A stretch of DNA of 62,589 nucleotides, filler included, from 8 parts of 8 records of this genome joined end to end with filler, not necessarily neighbours in it; one strand, 5' to 3'; positions 29,143 to 40,604 are shown, counted from the whole stretch's first letter. Made by a program: numbers and translations. Notes: generated by a model not told the origin, from the letters alone.

Positions 29143-29604
29143 ATGGATAGCAATTGGCATGCACAACCCGGCAAGGGGATGGGAAATATTTTATTCGGTA
29201 TCAGCAAAGAGAAACTCGTTGAGTTGCTGGACGAACCGGATGCACTTGATTCAACAAACGAAGACGGCGATGTCTGTGAACATTATTATTATGATGATCT
29301 GGATATCGCTTTTACATTTTCCTCCGCGGAAAAAGATAGATTGCTCGTGATCACGATCGGCAATCCGCAATATCTGGTTGACGGGAAATTACACACCGGA
29401 ATGGAAATGGAAGAAGCTTTATCAGAAATTGAAAAGCTAAAATGGGAAACGCCGGATATTGAAGAATTAGAAGATGAGAATCTGATCTTTTCCTTTGGCG
29501 ATACGGGGGTGGATGTCTGGTTTGAAGACGGCATCCTGACGGGATTTCAAATGGTACCGCAGTGGAAGAATGATGATGAAATTGCGTGGCCAACTGCCAC
29601 TTGA
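29143..29604 (+). CDS. Acidic hypothetical protein
   Basis: RBS AAGGAG; 153-aa ORF. Confidence 0.75.
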   Translation: MDSNWHAQPGKGMGNILFGISKEKLVELLDEPDALDSTNEDGDVCEHYYYDDLDIAFTFSSAEKDRLLVITIGNPQYLVDGKLHTGMEMEEALSEIEKLKWETPDIEELEDENLIFSFGDTGVDVWFEDGILTGFQMVPQWKNDDEIAWPTAT

Positions 29605-29665
29605 TATATGAACATTCGATCATTCGATTACTCGACCATTCGATTGGTCGGTTGATCAATATAAA

Positions 29666-29787
29666 TGTCATCTCGACCGGATCAGCCGAGCTTTGCGATG
29701 GCGGAGAAGCGGAGAGATCTCAAATTACGAAACAATTATAATACGTTTGAGATTTCTCCACTTCGCTACGCTTCGGTCGAAATGACA
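29666..29787. repeat. Palindromic intergenic repeat element (REP/RPE-like)
   Basis: Ends TGTCATCTCGACCG and CGGTCGAAATGACA; inner GAAGCGGAGAGATCTCAAA pairs with TTTGAGATTTCTCCACTTC. Confidence 0.8.
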
Positions 29788-29797
29788 GAAAAAGAAA

Positions 29798-30700
29798 ATG
29801 AACAATAAAAATAATAAAATCGCATTAATCTCCGCCGGCATCGTCTTGCTCTTATGGTCCTCCGTAGCCACAGCATTTAAGATCGCCTTGCGTTATCTTG
29901 AACCATTCGAATTATTGTTTCTTTCGACGCTTTTTTCCTCTCTGGCTTTAACCTTGATCATGTTGTTCACTGGACGCTTCAAAAAATTGAAAACAGTGGG
30001 CAAAAAGAATCTCTCTCGTTTGCTTTTTGCCGGACTTCTAAATCCGGTGATCTATTATCTTTTATTGTTTAAAGCTTATGACATGCTACCCGCACAATTC
30101 GCCCAAGCGGTTAACTTTACCTGGCCTTTGGTGTTGGCTGTTTTCGCCATGTTATTAAAGCATGAACGCTTTCATATCCTGCGCCTGTTGATGCTGTTAG
30201 TGTCCTTTGGTGGTGCTCTGGTCGTTGTTTTAGGCGGGAATGCCGTACCGGGCGGTATCAGTTTGTCGGGTGTTTTGATCGCATTTGCGACGACGATCTT
30301 CTGGGTCTTTTACTGGCTGATCACCAAAACAGTCAAAGAGGATCCGGTTATTTCTTTATGGATTCCCTTCGCCGTGGGAACACTTATACTTTCGGTCACA
30401 GCTACATTCCTTTTTAGGCCATCGCAGCTCAGCTGGAATGCATTATTTTCTGCCGGATATGTCGGACTCTTCGAAATGAGCCTGACCTTCCTGCTATGGT
30501 TGAACGCACTTAGAAAAACCACCTCAACAGCATTGGTCAGCAATTTTATTTATGCCGTACCTTTCTTTTCTCTGATCTTCATTAGATTTGTTTTGGATGA
30601 ACCCATTCAAGCAACGACCCTGATCGGACTCTTCATGATAGCAAGCGGGATCCTTGGACAAGTTTTTATACACAAGGGACAATTGACAAAGAATAATTGA
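29798..30700 (+). CDS. EamA/DMT-family transporter
   Basis: About ten TM helices in two EamA repeats. Confidence 0.88.
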   Translation: MNNKNNKIALISAGIVLLLWSSVATAFKIALRYLEPFELLFLSTLFSSLALTLIMLFTGRFKKLKTVGKKNLSRLLFAGLLNPVIYYLLLFKAYDMLPAQFAQAVNFTWPLVLAVFAMLLKHERFHILRLLMLLVSFGGALVVVLGGNAVPGGISLSGVLIAFATTIFWVFYWLITKTVKEDPVISLWIPFAVGTLILSVTATFLFRPSQLSWNALFSAGYVGLFEMSLTFLLWLNALRKTTSTALVSNFIYAVPFFSLIFIRFVLDEPIQATTLIGLFMIASGILGQVFIHKGQLTKNN

Positions 30701-30709
30701 CGACCCGTA

Positions 30710-31699
30710 TTATCGGATCAAATCTAAATATGCCGGTGCACCATAATATGTGTAGCCGGCATTTTCATTTTCTGTACCGCTTAACATGGAATGGATAAAT
30801 CCATTGCGATAAACCTGTACCGTGTGAAGAATAGCGGCAGTGTGATTTTTCTTAAGAATAATTTGAATTCTTCCATCCTGCGCTTTGAAGAAAAACATAT
30901 TTTCATCGTGCAATAAATTAAACTCAAAATATCCATTCAGGTTTTTCAGCATTTGGTGGCTGTTCCACCAGGTGCCACCTTCTGCAGATACCACATGTGT
31001 GCCCCGGTAAAGCGCAACACTATCGTTATATGCCATTACACATAAGTAGCTGTCGTCCCGATCCCGTAAAAACTCAACCAGAAGACTGTCATAATGGCCG
31101 GCATCATATTTATAATTGTAATTACTGTCCAAAAAAGCGATGCGATCGATCCAGTCCGGGATTTTATTAATTCCCTGCAAATATCTCAGCACCCAGGATC
31201 CTCCGGCGCTATGGCCGTTTAGTGTAACTTTATAATTAAGATCCTTAAAAGGCGTAAGCAGATCGATCGTCATTTCTTGTATCAGATCAAGATAATCATC
31301 CGGGTGCTTATCATCATAAAGTTGCCAAGCCCTATATGTTGGCTGAAGATAGATCACGATCAGGTTTTTGTCTTCAAGGATCCGTCTTAAGAAGCGCGTC
31401 TGGGCGCCGATATGCTGAATGTCATAATGCCAATCATCATCACTTGTCATTTTTTTACCAATGGTCCACTCAATGGTATTGCCCGCCGGCAGGGCATAAA
31501 AAACGATGATCGTTTCTTTTTCCGGATCTAACTTATCTTTTCCCGGTGCATTGATATGAATATCTACATCCTCTCCCCAAATAAATGTACGCGTTTGCTC
31601 CTGGGTATTCTCCTCTTCTGAAAAATCCGGTAAAGCAATTGCATTGAGCAACAAGGTTCCCACTAAGATAATGACAGCTGTTCTTATTATTTGTTTCAC
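30710..31699 (-). CDS. Secreted alpha/beta-hydrolase-like protein
   Basis: GHSAGG nucleophile elbow; signal peptide after GTG31699; start uncertain. Confidence 0.6.
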   Translation of the reverse strand: MKQIIRTAVIILVGTLLLNAIALPDFSEEENTQEQTRTFIWGEDVDIHINAPGKDKLDPEKETIIVFYALPAGNTIEWTIGKKMTSDDDWHYDIQHIGAQTRFLRRILEDKNLIVIYLQPTYRAWQLYDDKHPDDYLDLIQEMTIDLLTPFKDLNYKVTLNGHSAGGSWVLRYLQGINKIPDWIDRIAFLDSNYNYKYDAGHYDSLLVEFLRDRDDSYLCVMAYNDSVALYRGTHVVSAEGGTWWNSHQMLKNLNGYFEFNLLHDENMFFFKAQDGRIQIILKKNHTAAILHTVQVYRNGFIHSMLSGTENENAGYTYYGAPAYLDLIR

Positions 31700-31893
31700 G
31701 CCAAATAATAAGTAGATAATTTTGCTAAAACAACTGTAACAATACGCCACGGAGTGTCTCTATTTAAAGATACCGCTCACCCTCATACCATTCACCACTG
31801 TTCACTGTTCACCATTTACTTTTCACTATAATGGCAAAACCGCCCGTTGGAGGACGAGCGGTTTATAGGTTGGCTAATAAGATAAGGAAGTTG

Positions 31894-33273
31894 TTATTTT
31901 GTTTTCACGGTAATGAAACGTTTATTCCCGTTTTTTGTTTCAATTAAAAGTAAGATAGTTTGCTTTTTTTCAAGTTTATTGAACTGTTCTTTGAAGTCAT
32001 CCATATCTTTTATGGTTTTACCTTCTAGTGTCACGATCCTGTTGCCGTCACGAACACCTTTTTGATAAGCCTCAGATCCGGGTTTAACATTTACGATCAC
32101 AACGCCTTTCTTGGTGTCCAGATCATATTTACCGGCAATTTCATCGTTATTCGAGCGAACTGAAAAGCCAAGATCCACATCAGCTTCTTCGTCTTCGGCT
32201 TCAACAATTTCTTCATCACCGGGAAGTTCATCCAGTTTAACGGAAATGATCTTTGTTTTACCATCACGTACCAGGGAAAGCTTAACTGTTTCACCCGGCG
32301 AACGCGAGGAAATATTGATCTGAAGTTCTGAAGGTGTGCTGACTTCGTCATCATTGACTTTAAAGATCACATCTCCTGATTTCAATTTTGCCTTTTCGGC
32401 TGGACTTTCTTCTACCACATCAGAGATCAAGATACCATCCAGATCATCCAGGTTAAGAGATTCTGCAAGGTCCTGATTCAATTCCTGAATACTTACACCC
32501 AGCCATGCGCGTATCACGCGGCCTTCTTTGATGAGATCTTTCATGACCTTTTTAGCAAGATCAATGGGAATGGCAAAACCGATTCCATTCGATCCGCCAC
32601 TGCGGGAAAGAATAGCAGAATTAATACCGATGACCTCACCGTCAAGATTGACCAGCGCGCCACCGGAGTTTCCGGGATTGATCGAGGCGTCGGTTTGAAT
32701 ATAATTTTCATAGGTGCTTAACTGCATGCCCGAACGTCCAAGTCCGGATACGATGCCATGCGTGACGGTATTACCCAATCTTGCCGAGAATGGCGACCCA
32801 ATGGCCAACACCATTTCTCCCACGCGCAATTTCTTGGAATTCCCAAGTTTTGCCATGGGAAGTTTACCGTCATTTATTTTTAATACGGCAATATCGGTTT
32901 TGGAATCTCCGCCGATCAGTTCAACCTCATATTCTCTTTTGTCGGAAAGAACCACCTTGATCTCTTCTGCATCTTTGATCACATGATTATTTGTAATGAC
33001 ATAACCGTCTTTTACAATAACACCTGATCCAAGTGCGGATGAACGATATTCATGTTCTTTCTTGGGTGTTTTGAATCCGAAAAACTCATATGGCAGATCA
33101 AATTCAGAAAAGGGGTTTGTTACTTTGGTTACTTTTTGAGCTGTAATGGTTACAACAGAAGGACTGACTTTGTCGGCAACTTCAACAAATTGATCACTGA
33201 GGCTCTTGAGATCTTGTGCACCCAGTGGCACCAACATGACAGCGATAAGTAAAAATGATATGATTTTTTTCAT
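31894..33273 (-). CDS. DegP/DegQ (HtrA) serine protease with two PDZ domains
   Basis: TNNHVI, DIAVLKI and QTDASINPGNSGGAL. Confidence 0.95.
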   Translation of the reverse strand: MKKIISFLLIAVMLVPLGAQDLKSLSDQFVEVADKVSPSVVTITAQKVTKVTNPFSEFDLPYEFFGFKTPKKEHEYRSSALGSGVIVKDGYVITNNHVIKDAEEIKVVLSDKREYEVELIGGDSKTDIAVLKINDGKLPMAKLGNSKKLRVGEMVLAIGSPFSARLGNTVTHGIVSGLGRSGMQLSTYENYIQTDASINPGNSGGALVNLDGEVIGINSAILSRSGGSNGIGFAIPIDLAKKVMKDLIKEGRVIRAWLGVSIQELNQDLAESLNLDDLDGILISDVVEESPAEKAKLKSGDVIFKVNDDEVSTPSELQINISSRSPGETVKLSLVRDGKTKIISVKLDELPGDEEIVEAEDEEADVDLGFSVRSNNDEIAGKYDLDTKKGVVIVNVKPGSEAYQKGVRDGNRIVTLEGKTIKDMDDFKEQFNKLEKKQTILLLIETKNGNKRFITVKTK

Positions 33274-33315
33274 TCGTGTTCTCCTTTTGGTCGTATTGGT
33301 ATATGAATAGGAGCG

Positions 33316-33415
33316 NNNNNNNNNNNNNNNNNNNNNNNNNNNNNNNNNNNNNNNNNNNNTTAATTAATTAANNNNNNNNNNNNNNNNNNNNNNNNNNNNN
33401 NNNNNNNNNNNNNNN
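33316..33415. other. Artificial contig spacer
   Basis: N-run + TTAATTAATTAA + N-run. Confidence 0.98.
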
Positions 33416-33492
33416 AGATGTACAGAATACAATGAGTGCAAGAATGAGTGTTTCCATAAGTAATTATCCATAAAGGTGATCACTCTTCTGTA

Positions 33493-34197
33493 TCACTTCA
33501 CCTTTACATACTTTTCCTTGAATCGGCTGATCTCTTCTTTCCCGCCCACAACAGCAACGATATCTCCTTCTTGAATTATAATAGAAGACTCTATGTCAGT
33601 AATGGGTTTGCCGCGTCTCTCGATGCCAATAATAGTGCATCCGAATCTGTTGCGCAGGTCGATGTCCGCAATGGATTTGTTCGCAAGGTCCTTTTCTCCG
33701 CTGACTGTGTGTTTCTCGATATCTATGCCTTCATACAGCATAATATCCTCGTTCAGCTTACTGCATGAAGCAGCAAGGCAGGAGGATGTCATCTTTGCAA
33801 GCATCTGGCCGGCAACTATTGGCAGTGCTGCAACATAGTCAGCTCCGGCTTTGTATATCTTATCAATGGATCTGTATGAATTTGCTCTGGCTATGATGGT
33901 GGACTTTGGATTAAGTCCTCTTGCAATAAGTGTGGCGAACATTACATCCGTATCATCATTAAGGCATACGATAACCGTGGAGGCAGTCGGAACCCCTGCC
34001 TCTATGAGTATCTCTTCATCCGTTGCATTCCCAATAACAAAGTCTTGGTCTGCATTCTCAAAGCTCTGTTCATTAGAATCTACTACCGAGAATCTGATAT
34101 TAGTGTATTTGAGGGTCTCCACAACCCTTCTCCCCACATCTCCGCATCCGAGTACAACCAGATCACCCATTATTCTCTCAGTTTCCATTAAACTCAC
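33493..34197 (-). CDS. Stand-alone RCK (TrkA-N/TrkA-C) protein
   Basis: VLGCGDVG, GNATDE and KIYKAGADYV. Confidence 0.85.
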   Translation of the reverse strand: MSLMETERIMGDLVVLGCGDVGRRVVETLKYTNIRFSVVDSNEQSFENADQDFVIGNATDEEILIEAGVPTASTVIVCLNDDTDVMFATLIARGLNPKSTIIARANSYRSIDKIYKAGADYVAALPIVAGQMLAKMTSSCLAASCSKLNEDIMLYEGIDIEKHTVSGEKDLANKSIADIDLRNRFGCTIIGIERRGKPITDIESSIIIQEGDIVAVVGGKEEISRFKEKYVKVK

Positions 34198-35210
34198 TCC
34201 GTGTATTGTGTCAGCTTTTTCAGGAGAGATAGTTGCTCCGTGGAACCAATTGCAAGCAGAACGGAATTGTCTTTTATGACATCATCAGGTTTGATGAAGA
34301 AGGTAAGACTTCCTCCTTTCCACATACCTACAACATTGGAACCAGTCTTTTCCCTAATGGCTGCATTTTTCATGCTTTTGCCTATCAGGGGACTTTTCGG
34401 GTATATGGGCAGTTCCACGATGCTCACTCCTTCAAAGAACTCGGTTGCTCCGGTTAACCTGTTGACAAAAGGATCGGCAGCTTTCCTCCCAATAAACCTT
34501 CCAAACATCTCCTTTGGGGAGACAACACTGGTAGCACCGGCATATTTAAGGTACTTCTTATTGGACCTGTCCTCTACTATGGCAATTATATTAAGCTCGC
34601 TGCTGATATTTCGGGCTGTAAGGATGATATTTGCATTCATTTCATCCGAGCGGTTTGCGATCAGGAACTGTGCCTCTTTGATATTTGCAGAGTTAAGTGT
34701 CTCTTCTTCATACACTTCACCGAAGATAGTATGAATGTTCTTTTTGAGCATATCCCTTACAAATTCCGTATCATCCTCTATCAGGATGTAGGGTACATCA
34801 TTCTCCTTCAACTCGTCGATTAATGTCTCTATAAGCTTGTTGTAGCCACAGATTATTATATGGCCTCTGAGTTTTTTCGGGGCTCTGGTCGGTATGTTGG
34901 AATGGATCATTTTTTCCATCCAGGGTATGATGAGGAGGGTGAAGAAAACTCCGAATACAAGAGGGATTCCAGATAACTGTACAAGTACTGCGAATATCTT
35001 CCCGATATCTGATGTTACTATAATATCTCCGTATCCTACGGTTGTGAGGGTGGAGATTACCCAGTAGAACGCATCAACAAGGTTTGCATGATCTACCTGT
35101 CCTTCATGGTACATTATCCTTATGAAAAAAAGCATGTAGAACAGGATGATCGCAAGAGCTCCCATTACGGTTCTCAGCAATGTCTTATGCCAGAGATGCT
35201 TTATTTTCAT
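34194..35210 (-). CDS. 2-TM potassium channel with RCK domain
   Basis: TTVGYGD selectivity filter; HIIICGY. Confidence 0.92.
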   Translation of the reverse strand: MKIKHLWHKTLLRTVMGALAIILFYMLFFIRIMYHEGQVDHANLVDAFYWVISTLTTVGYGDIIVTSDIGKIFAVLVQLSGIPLVFGVFFTLLIIPWMEKMIHSNIPTRAPKKLRGHIIICGYNKLIETLIDELKENDVPYILIEDDTEFVRDMLKKNIHTIFGEVYEEETLNSANIKEAQFLIANRSDEMNANIILTARNISSELNIIAIVEDRSNKKYLKYAGATSVVSPKEMFGRFIGRKAADPFVNRLTGATEFFEGVSIVELPIYPKSPLIGKSMKNAAIREKTGSNVVGMWKGGSLTFFIKPDDVIKDNSVLLAIGSTEQLSLLKKLTQYTE

Positions 35211-35256
35211 TTAGGTCACCACTTTTATTCGTTCATGCGTCGTGTTGGAGGACGAT

Positions 35257-37008
35257 TCAGAATCCATGAACAATATATGGTCCGAATATCATGAACAGGA
35301 ATGACAGGAGTATCAGCATTGCAAATGAAGCTGCAATCAGTGCTGATATGTGCTCTGCTTTCTCCTCATCGTTTACGATCCTGTTTATGAAACCGTTCAT
35401 ATAATCCCTGAACACGTGTCCGCCGTCAAGGGGAACTGCAGGCAGGCAATTGAAGAGTCCCACATAAAAGTTAAGCCAGCCGATCCACAGCAGGGCATCT
35501 GCAAGCCAGAATACTCCCATTCCGAAAGGCTCTGCCCAACCCACAGGTTCATAGAATGGTGCAAGAGTTCCGCTAAAGCCAAGGAATCCTTCTCCTGCAA
35601 AACCTATTATAGGCAGTCCCAGAAGAATTATCCAGCCTCCCAGACCCTTAAGCATTTGTGGTATGCTCTTAAAGAGGTCAAGGTATGCAGTGGCAGGGAA
35701 CTCCCCGACAGATATTCCAAGGGATGTTGCGACCTGTCCTTCAAAGTTAGTAACAATTCCAAGGAATCCCTTTGTTTCAACATCAGGATGTTGTGCCAGG
35801 GTTACATTGTATTCTAAATATTCTTCACCATCTTCTGATCTGGCTTCAACAAAAACTTCCTGGTCTGGCAAAGTTGAATTCATTATACTATGGAAATCAG
35901 TGTATGAACGGATAGGATTTCCGTCAATATAGAGTATGCTCGTACCAGCTTCAAGTCCTGCCTCAGATGCAGGAGAATTGTCTACTACGCTTTGTATGCT
36001 TATTCCCGAAGGCTCAATGTTTGTATCGATAACTCTGGTTTCATAGATTGATACGACCTGATCAGAGGCAGCATATACGGTAACTTTCGAATCAGTTTCC
36101 AGTCCGTCCAGGTACTCCAGCATGTCGTTGACACTACTAATTTGTGTGTTATCGATCTGCGTTATGACCATATCCTCCCTGATACCGGCTTCATAGGCAG
36201 GACTGCCTTCTGTAACTTCTACAATCACTGTATCACTAAGTGGTGCCATTGCACCCAGTACCGGTCCAAACAGCAGGCCAAATGCAATAAGCGCAACTAC
36301 GAAATTAGCCATCACACCGGCTGCAAGGATACGTGCCCTTTGTTTTCTGGTTGCTATCTTCTCATCGGTTTTTTTGATTACTTTCTTTTCTTCCTCACCG
36401 ATGATAATTCCCAGCCTGCGGTCTCCATAAGGATCATTCTGCTCATCGAGTTTTTCTTCCTGCTTTCCGAAGAGTTCCTCTTCATCAGGTTCTGCAAATC
36501 CTCCGATTGGAACTACTGCAAGTAATATTCCCATGGATTTTACTCTGATGTCTTCAACGCGGCAGAGTATGGCATGTGAGAATTCATGTACTACCAGGGT
36601 TACAACAAGTGCGATAACTCCCCAAGTAAGGGGAATAAATTCATTAACACCCGGGATCAAAAAGATGTTTCTTGCTTCATTAAATTTTCCCGGCTCAGGC
36701 AATGAGTTCTCACCTATTGAGCTTAGCATGGCAATGTCAGATAAAATGACCACCAGAAACATTGCCACCATACCAACAAACATCAGCCTGATGCCTATGT
36801 CGGCGTAGATGCGCCATGCTTTCCTTGGAATTGCAAGCTTGTCCAGAAGATTAAGCCCGTGTGTGGTTCTAATCATCAGGATTGGTCCGTAAGTACTGAT
36901 GTTGTATTTTTTCAATATCCCTTTTCTTTCCAGCCCGATTACAGCCAGCCAGTAAAGCAAAAAGAGTGCTAATGCAATATTTGTTCCGTCCAAAAAAACT
37001 CTCCGCAT
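35257..37008 (-). CDS. Site-2 (M50) membrane metalloprotease with PDZ domains
   Basis: HEFSH and NCLPAVPLDGGH; two PDZ segments. Confidence 0.92.
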   Translation of the reverse strand: MRRVFLDGTNIALALFLLYWLAVIGLERKGILKKYNISTYGPILMIRTTHGLNLLDKLAIPRKAWRIYADIGIRLMFVGMVAMFLVVILSDIAMLSSIGENSLPEPGKFNEARNIFLIPGVNEFIPLTWGVIALVVTLVVHEFSHAILCRVEDIRVKSMGILLAVVPIGGFAEPDEEELFGKQEEKLDEQNDPYGDRRLGIIIGEEEKKVIKKTDEKIATRKQRARILAAGVMANFVVALIAFGLLFGPVLGAMAPLSDTVIVEVTEGSPAYEAGIREDMVITQIDNTQISSVNDMLEYLDGLETDSKVTVYAASDQVVSIYETRVIDTNIEPSGISIQSVVDNSPASEAGLEAGTSILYIDGNPIRSYTDFHSIMNSTLPDQEVFVEARSEDGEEYLEYNVTLAQHPDVETKGFLGIVTNFEGQVATSLGISVGEFPATAYLDLFKSIPQMLKGLGGWIILLGLPIIGFAGEGFLGFSGTLAPFYEPVGWAEPFGMGVFWLADALLWIGWLNFYVGLFNCLPAVPLDGGHVFRDYMNGFINRIVNDEEKAEHISALIAASFAMLILLSFLFMIFGPYIVHGF

Positions 37009-37490
37009 TCGTGTTAGTTGAATATGCCTTTAATTCTTTTTATAAGGTATATATTTTTGTCATTATTAGTCATAAAAAGCATATATAAATTTTCAGTAGT
37101 GCAACATGCTTAATTAATGATGTGCATAATTGTATAATATAGATAAATATAATAATAATCCGGGATAAATATATATAGACTCACTGTTAAATGTACAGTT
37201 TAGCGTAAGTAAGCTTTACAATCTTTTGTGTTGAATACTTATGTCTTCAGGTTAAATAAAACATCTTGTCATCCCTTTATGGTTAACTCTTTGAAATTAA
37301 TTGTATTGAGTTGATGGGTGCCAATTTTAACTTGCATAAAAGGATAAGTATAAAAACCATTAGAGTAATATAGCAATTACAGAAATCCTAAACGTTAATA
37401 AACGTTGATAAATGGTTACAGTAAAACCGAGCAACAGTTAAAAAACAACTACACTATACCGCAATGACACAAATCCGTGAGGGGATGAAA

Positions 37491-38690
37491 GTGCAATCAA
37501 TAGTTCAGGAAGCATTAAGACACACAGAGAAAGAGAAAGAGTACCGCCATTCAATAGCAGTCAATGATGAATTTGATATCCTTGGACAGCCAAGGATTAT
37601 GATCGTTGGGTGTGGTGGTGCAGGCAATAACACCATCAACAGACTTTATAACATGGGTATTGAGGGCGCCGAGACAGTGGCTATAAACACTGACAAGCAG
37701 CACCTTGACCTTATCCGTGCAGATAAGAAGATTCTCGTGGGCAAGACACTTACCAGAGGTCTTGGTGCCGGAGGTTATCCGGAAGTAGGAGCCAAGGCAG
37801 CAGAACTTGCACGCGGCACCCTTGAGGAGATCTTCAAAGATGCAGACCTTGTTTTCATTACAGCTGGTATGGGTGGAGGAACCGGTACCGGTGTCGCACC
37901 TGTAGTTGCTGAAGTGGCAAAGGAACAGGGAGCAATTGTAGTAGGTATGGTATCCAGTCCTTTCAGAGTTGAAAGGGCAAGGGCTGTCAAGGCAGAAGAA
38001 GGACTTGAAGAGTTCCGCCGTGCAGCTGACACAGTTATTGTACTCGATAACAATAGGCTCCTTGAGTACGTGCCAAACCTTCCAATAGACCAGGCATTCT
38101 CAGTAATGGACCAGATCATTTCTGAGACCGTAAAAGGAATTACAGAAACTATCACACAGCCTTCACTGATTAACATCGACTATGCTGACATCAGAGCTAT
38201 TATGGGCTGTGGCGGCGTTGCAGTAATGCTTGTGGGCGAGAGTAAGAATCAGGATAAGAGTGACGATGTCGTTCGCGCAGCACTCAATCATCCACTTCTT
38301 GATGTTGATTACAGAGGCGCAACAGGCAGTCTTGTACACATCACAGGTGGACCTGATCTCAGTCTCAAGGAAGCCGAAGAGATCGCTGCTTCACTCACAT
38401 ACGAACTCTCATCCAGTGCAAATGTGATATGGGGAGCACGTATCACTCCTGAGTACGAGGGTAAAGTGCGTGTAATGGCCATCATGACAGGTGTCCAGTC
38501 AGCACAGATCCTTGGACAGCCACAGTGCAGTAGTATATCATACGAGAATGCTAGTGAACCAGTCAGGGAAGCAGAGCCACCACGCCAATACAGACGTGCA
38601 AGCACATCAATTAACAGGGTAAGCCGTCCAGTAGTTGAACCAATCCAGTCCAAAAACAATGGCGGTTCAATAATCGACATTATCCACTAA
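37491..38690 (+). CDS. ftsZ: Archaeal cell division protein FtsZ
   Basis: GCGGAGNN, GGGTGTG and INIDYAD; start GTG37491 or ATG37485. Confidence 0.96.
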   Translation: MQSIVQEALRHTEKEKEYRHSIAVNDEFDILGQPRIMIVGCGGAGNNTINRLYNMGIEGAETVAINTDKQHLDLIRADKKILVGKTLTRGLGAGGYPEVGAKAAELARGTLEEIFKDADLVFITAGMGGGTGTGVAPVVAEVAKEQGAIVVGMVSSPFRVERARAVKAEEGLEEFRRAADTVIVLDNNRLLEYVPNLPIDQAFSVMDQIISETVKGITETITQPSLINIDYADIRAIMGCGGVAVMLVGESKNQDKSDDVVRAALNHPLLDVDYRGATGSLVHITGGPDLSLKEAEEIAASLTYELSSSANVIWGARITPEYEGKVRVMAIMTGVQSAQILGQPQCSSISYENASEPVREAEPPRQYRRASTSINRVSRPVVEPIQSKNNGGSIIDIIH

Positions 38691-38782
38691 AATTCTAAAA
38701 CAACTGTCCGGTTTATGCCGGACACGTTGATTTTTTCTAATCGGCAGTTATTCTTTTTTACTTTCACTGCTATTTTCCATGC

Positions 38783-40264
38783 ATGATAATTCTTGTAGCT
38801 ACAGGCACACTTGCTGAAAAGACTGTAAGGAGTGCAGTTGGGGATCTTGCAGATGTCGTTGTTGCCGATACGAAGATTGCTGCATTCATTACTCCACGCA
38901 AACTGCTTGCAGCAATTGCTGAAGATGCCAGAGACCTCGATCCTGACCTTATTTTCATCCCAGGTCTTGTGGCCGGTGACTTCGCAAAAGCTGAAGCTGA
39001 ACTGGGATGCAAGATATGCCTTGGTCCAAAACATGCCTATGATCTTGGTTTTGTACTCCCTTTTGCAGGAAAGATGGAATTCTCCAGAGAGATACCCGCC
39101 TGTGAGCTTCTTGCCGACGTCCGCAGGGAAATAGCTCTTGAAAAAGTAAGGGAGCTTGAAAATGCTGCTGTTGTACCCATGAAACTGGGCAATATGAAAG
39201 TAGGCGGGAATTCTCGCATGAAAGTGCTGGCAGAGGTTGTGGATGCTACCGGACTGGACTCTGAGCTACTTGCCCTGAGGATAAGCAGTTTTGAGAAGAA
39301 GGGTGCTGATATGATCGATCTCGGTGCATCCCTGCACGCCACTCCTGATGATGTGCGTCGTGCCGTTAGAATCGCACGTGATACGACAGCTCTCCCTGTA
39401 AGCATCGATACACTCGACCCCGCACTCATCAATGCTGCCCTTGACAGTGGCATAGACCTTGTCCTGAGTCTTGACAGCAGCAATATAGCTACCATTGGCC
39501 CGCACGTAGCAGAAGCAGAAGTTCCTGCCGTTGTGATCCCTGACCAGGGTGAGGGTTTTGACAGTCTCATCAGAAACATGGATCTTGCTCGCAAAGCAGG
39601 AGTAAAACAAATCATAGCTGATCCTGTCCTTGATCCAATAGGACACGGCATAGGCTGTTCCATTGTCAGGTATATGGAGTTCCATGAGCAGAATCCTGAT
39701 GTTCCTGTATTCTTCGGAATAGGTAACGTGACAGAACTCATAGATGCCGATTCCACAGGCGTGAATGCCACCCTCTGTGGTATAGGTGCAGACCTTGGTG
39801 CAAGTATCCTCTTTACTCCTGAGTACAGCAACAAGACCCAGGGTTCTATCAATGAACTTAAAAAGGCATCACAAATGATGATACTTGCAGAGGAGCGTGA
39901 GAGTTCCCCAAAGGATCTGGGAATTGATCTTATCGAGATCAAAGAGAAAAGAAGGCGTACGGATTCCATTCTCCCTGAAACCTTTGTCCGTGCAGAGAAA
40001 AGCAAGATGTGGACGCTGGACCCAAAAGGCAGCATAAGGGTAAGTATCATCCCTGATCCTTCAGGAATGAAAGGTGGACAGATCCTTGCTGAACATGACA
40101 GTGCTTCCATCGTTGGTGAAACTGCAAGGCAACTCATGGATACAATTCTTAAAATGGAGCTTGTTTCAAGGATGGAACATGCTGCATATCTGGGACAGGA
40201 GTTGAAAAAGGCGGAGCTTGCTTTGAAGTTGGGGAGGAGTTATTCGCAGGATGATGAGTTCTGA
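38783..40264 (+). CDS. Archaeal dihydropteroate-synthase-like (pterin-binding) protein
   Basis: GADMIDLG, SIDT, ADPVLDP, GNVTELIDADS and HAAYLGQELKKAE. Confidence 0.85.
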   Translation: MIILVATGTLAEKTVRSAVGDLADVVVADTKIAAFITPRKLLAAIAEDARDLDPDLIFIPGLVAGDFAKAEAELGCKICLGPKHAYDLGFVLPFAGKMEFSREIPACELLADVRREIALEKVRELENAAVVPMKLGNMKVGGNSRMKVLAEVVDATGLDSELLALRISSFEKKGADMIDLGASLHATPDDVRRAVRIARDTTALPVSIDTLDPALINAALDSGIDLVLSLDSSNIATIGPHVAEAEVPAVVIPDQGEGFDSLIRNMDLARKAGVKQIIADPVLDPIGHGIGCSIVRYMEFHEQNPDVPVFFGIGNVTELIDADSTGVNATLCGIGADLGASILFTPEYSNKTQGSINELKKASQMMILAEERESSPKDLGIDLIEIKEKRRRTDSILPETFVRAEKSKMWTLDPKGSIRVSIIPDPSGMKGGQILAEHDSASIVGETARQLMDTILKMELVSRMEHAAYLGQELKKAELALKLGRSYSQDDEF

Positions 40265-40604
40265 AGTTCTAATCAATTTGCGCTATTAAAAGGAAAAAGT
40301 TCAGGAGACTTCCACCTCCTGTATTTTTTTAAGTGACTGTTCTGCACTCTGCCTTATCACAGGATATTATTCCTTCTCATCGACATAATGCATGTTACCT
40401 AACGGGGTTTTGAAAAAAATGCACTTCAAAAGGATACTCATCCGTATCAAGTCACCCCGGAGTCTCCATACAATAAAAAATGCATAATTGTTTTATTTCT
40501 TTTTGCCTTGATGTCTATCGTTTTTGTGCAGCAAAAGAACAACATGATAATAATAATAATAATTGGACATCTTTATATAAATGTAGATTTATATTGTATA
40601 ATGA

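Noticed and set aside
39037-40137. 366-aa antisense ORF and similar shadow ORFs across the window
   Set aside because: They lie opposite well-supported genes and show the composition typical of antisense frames.
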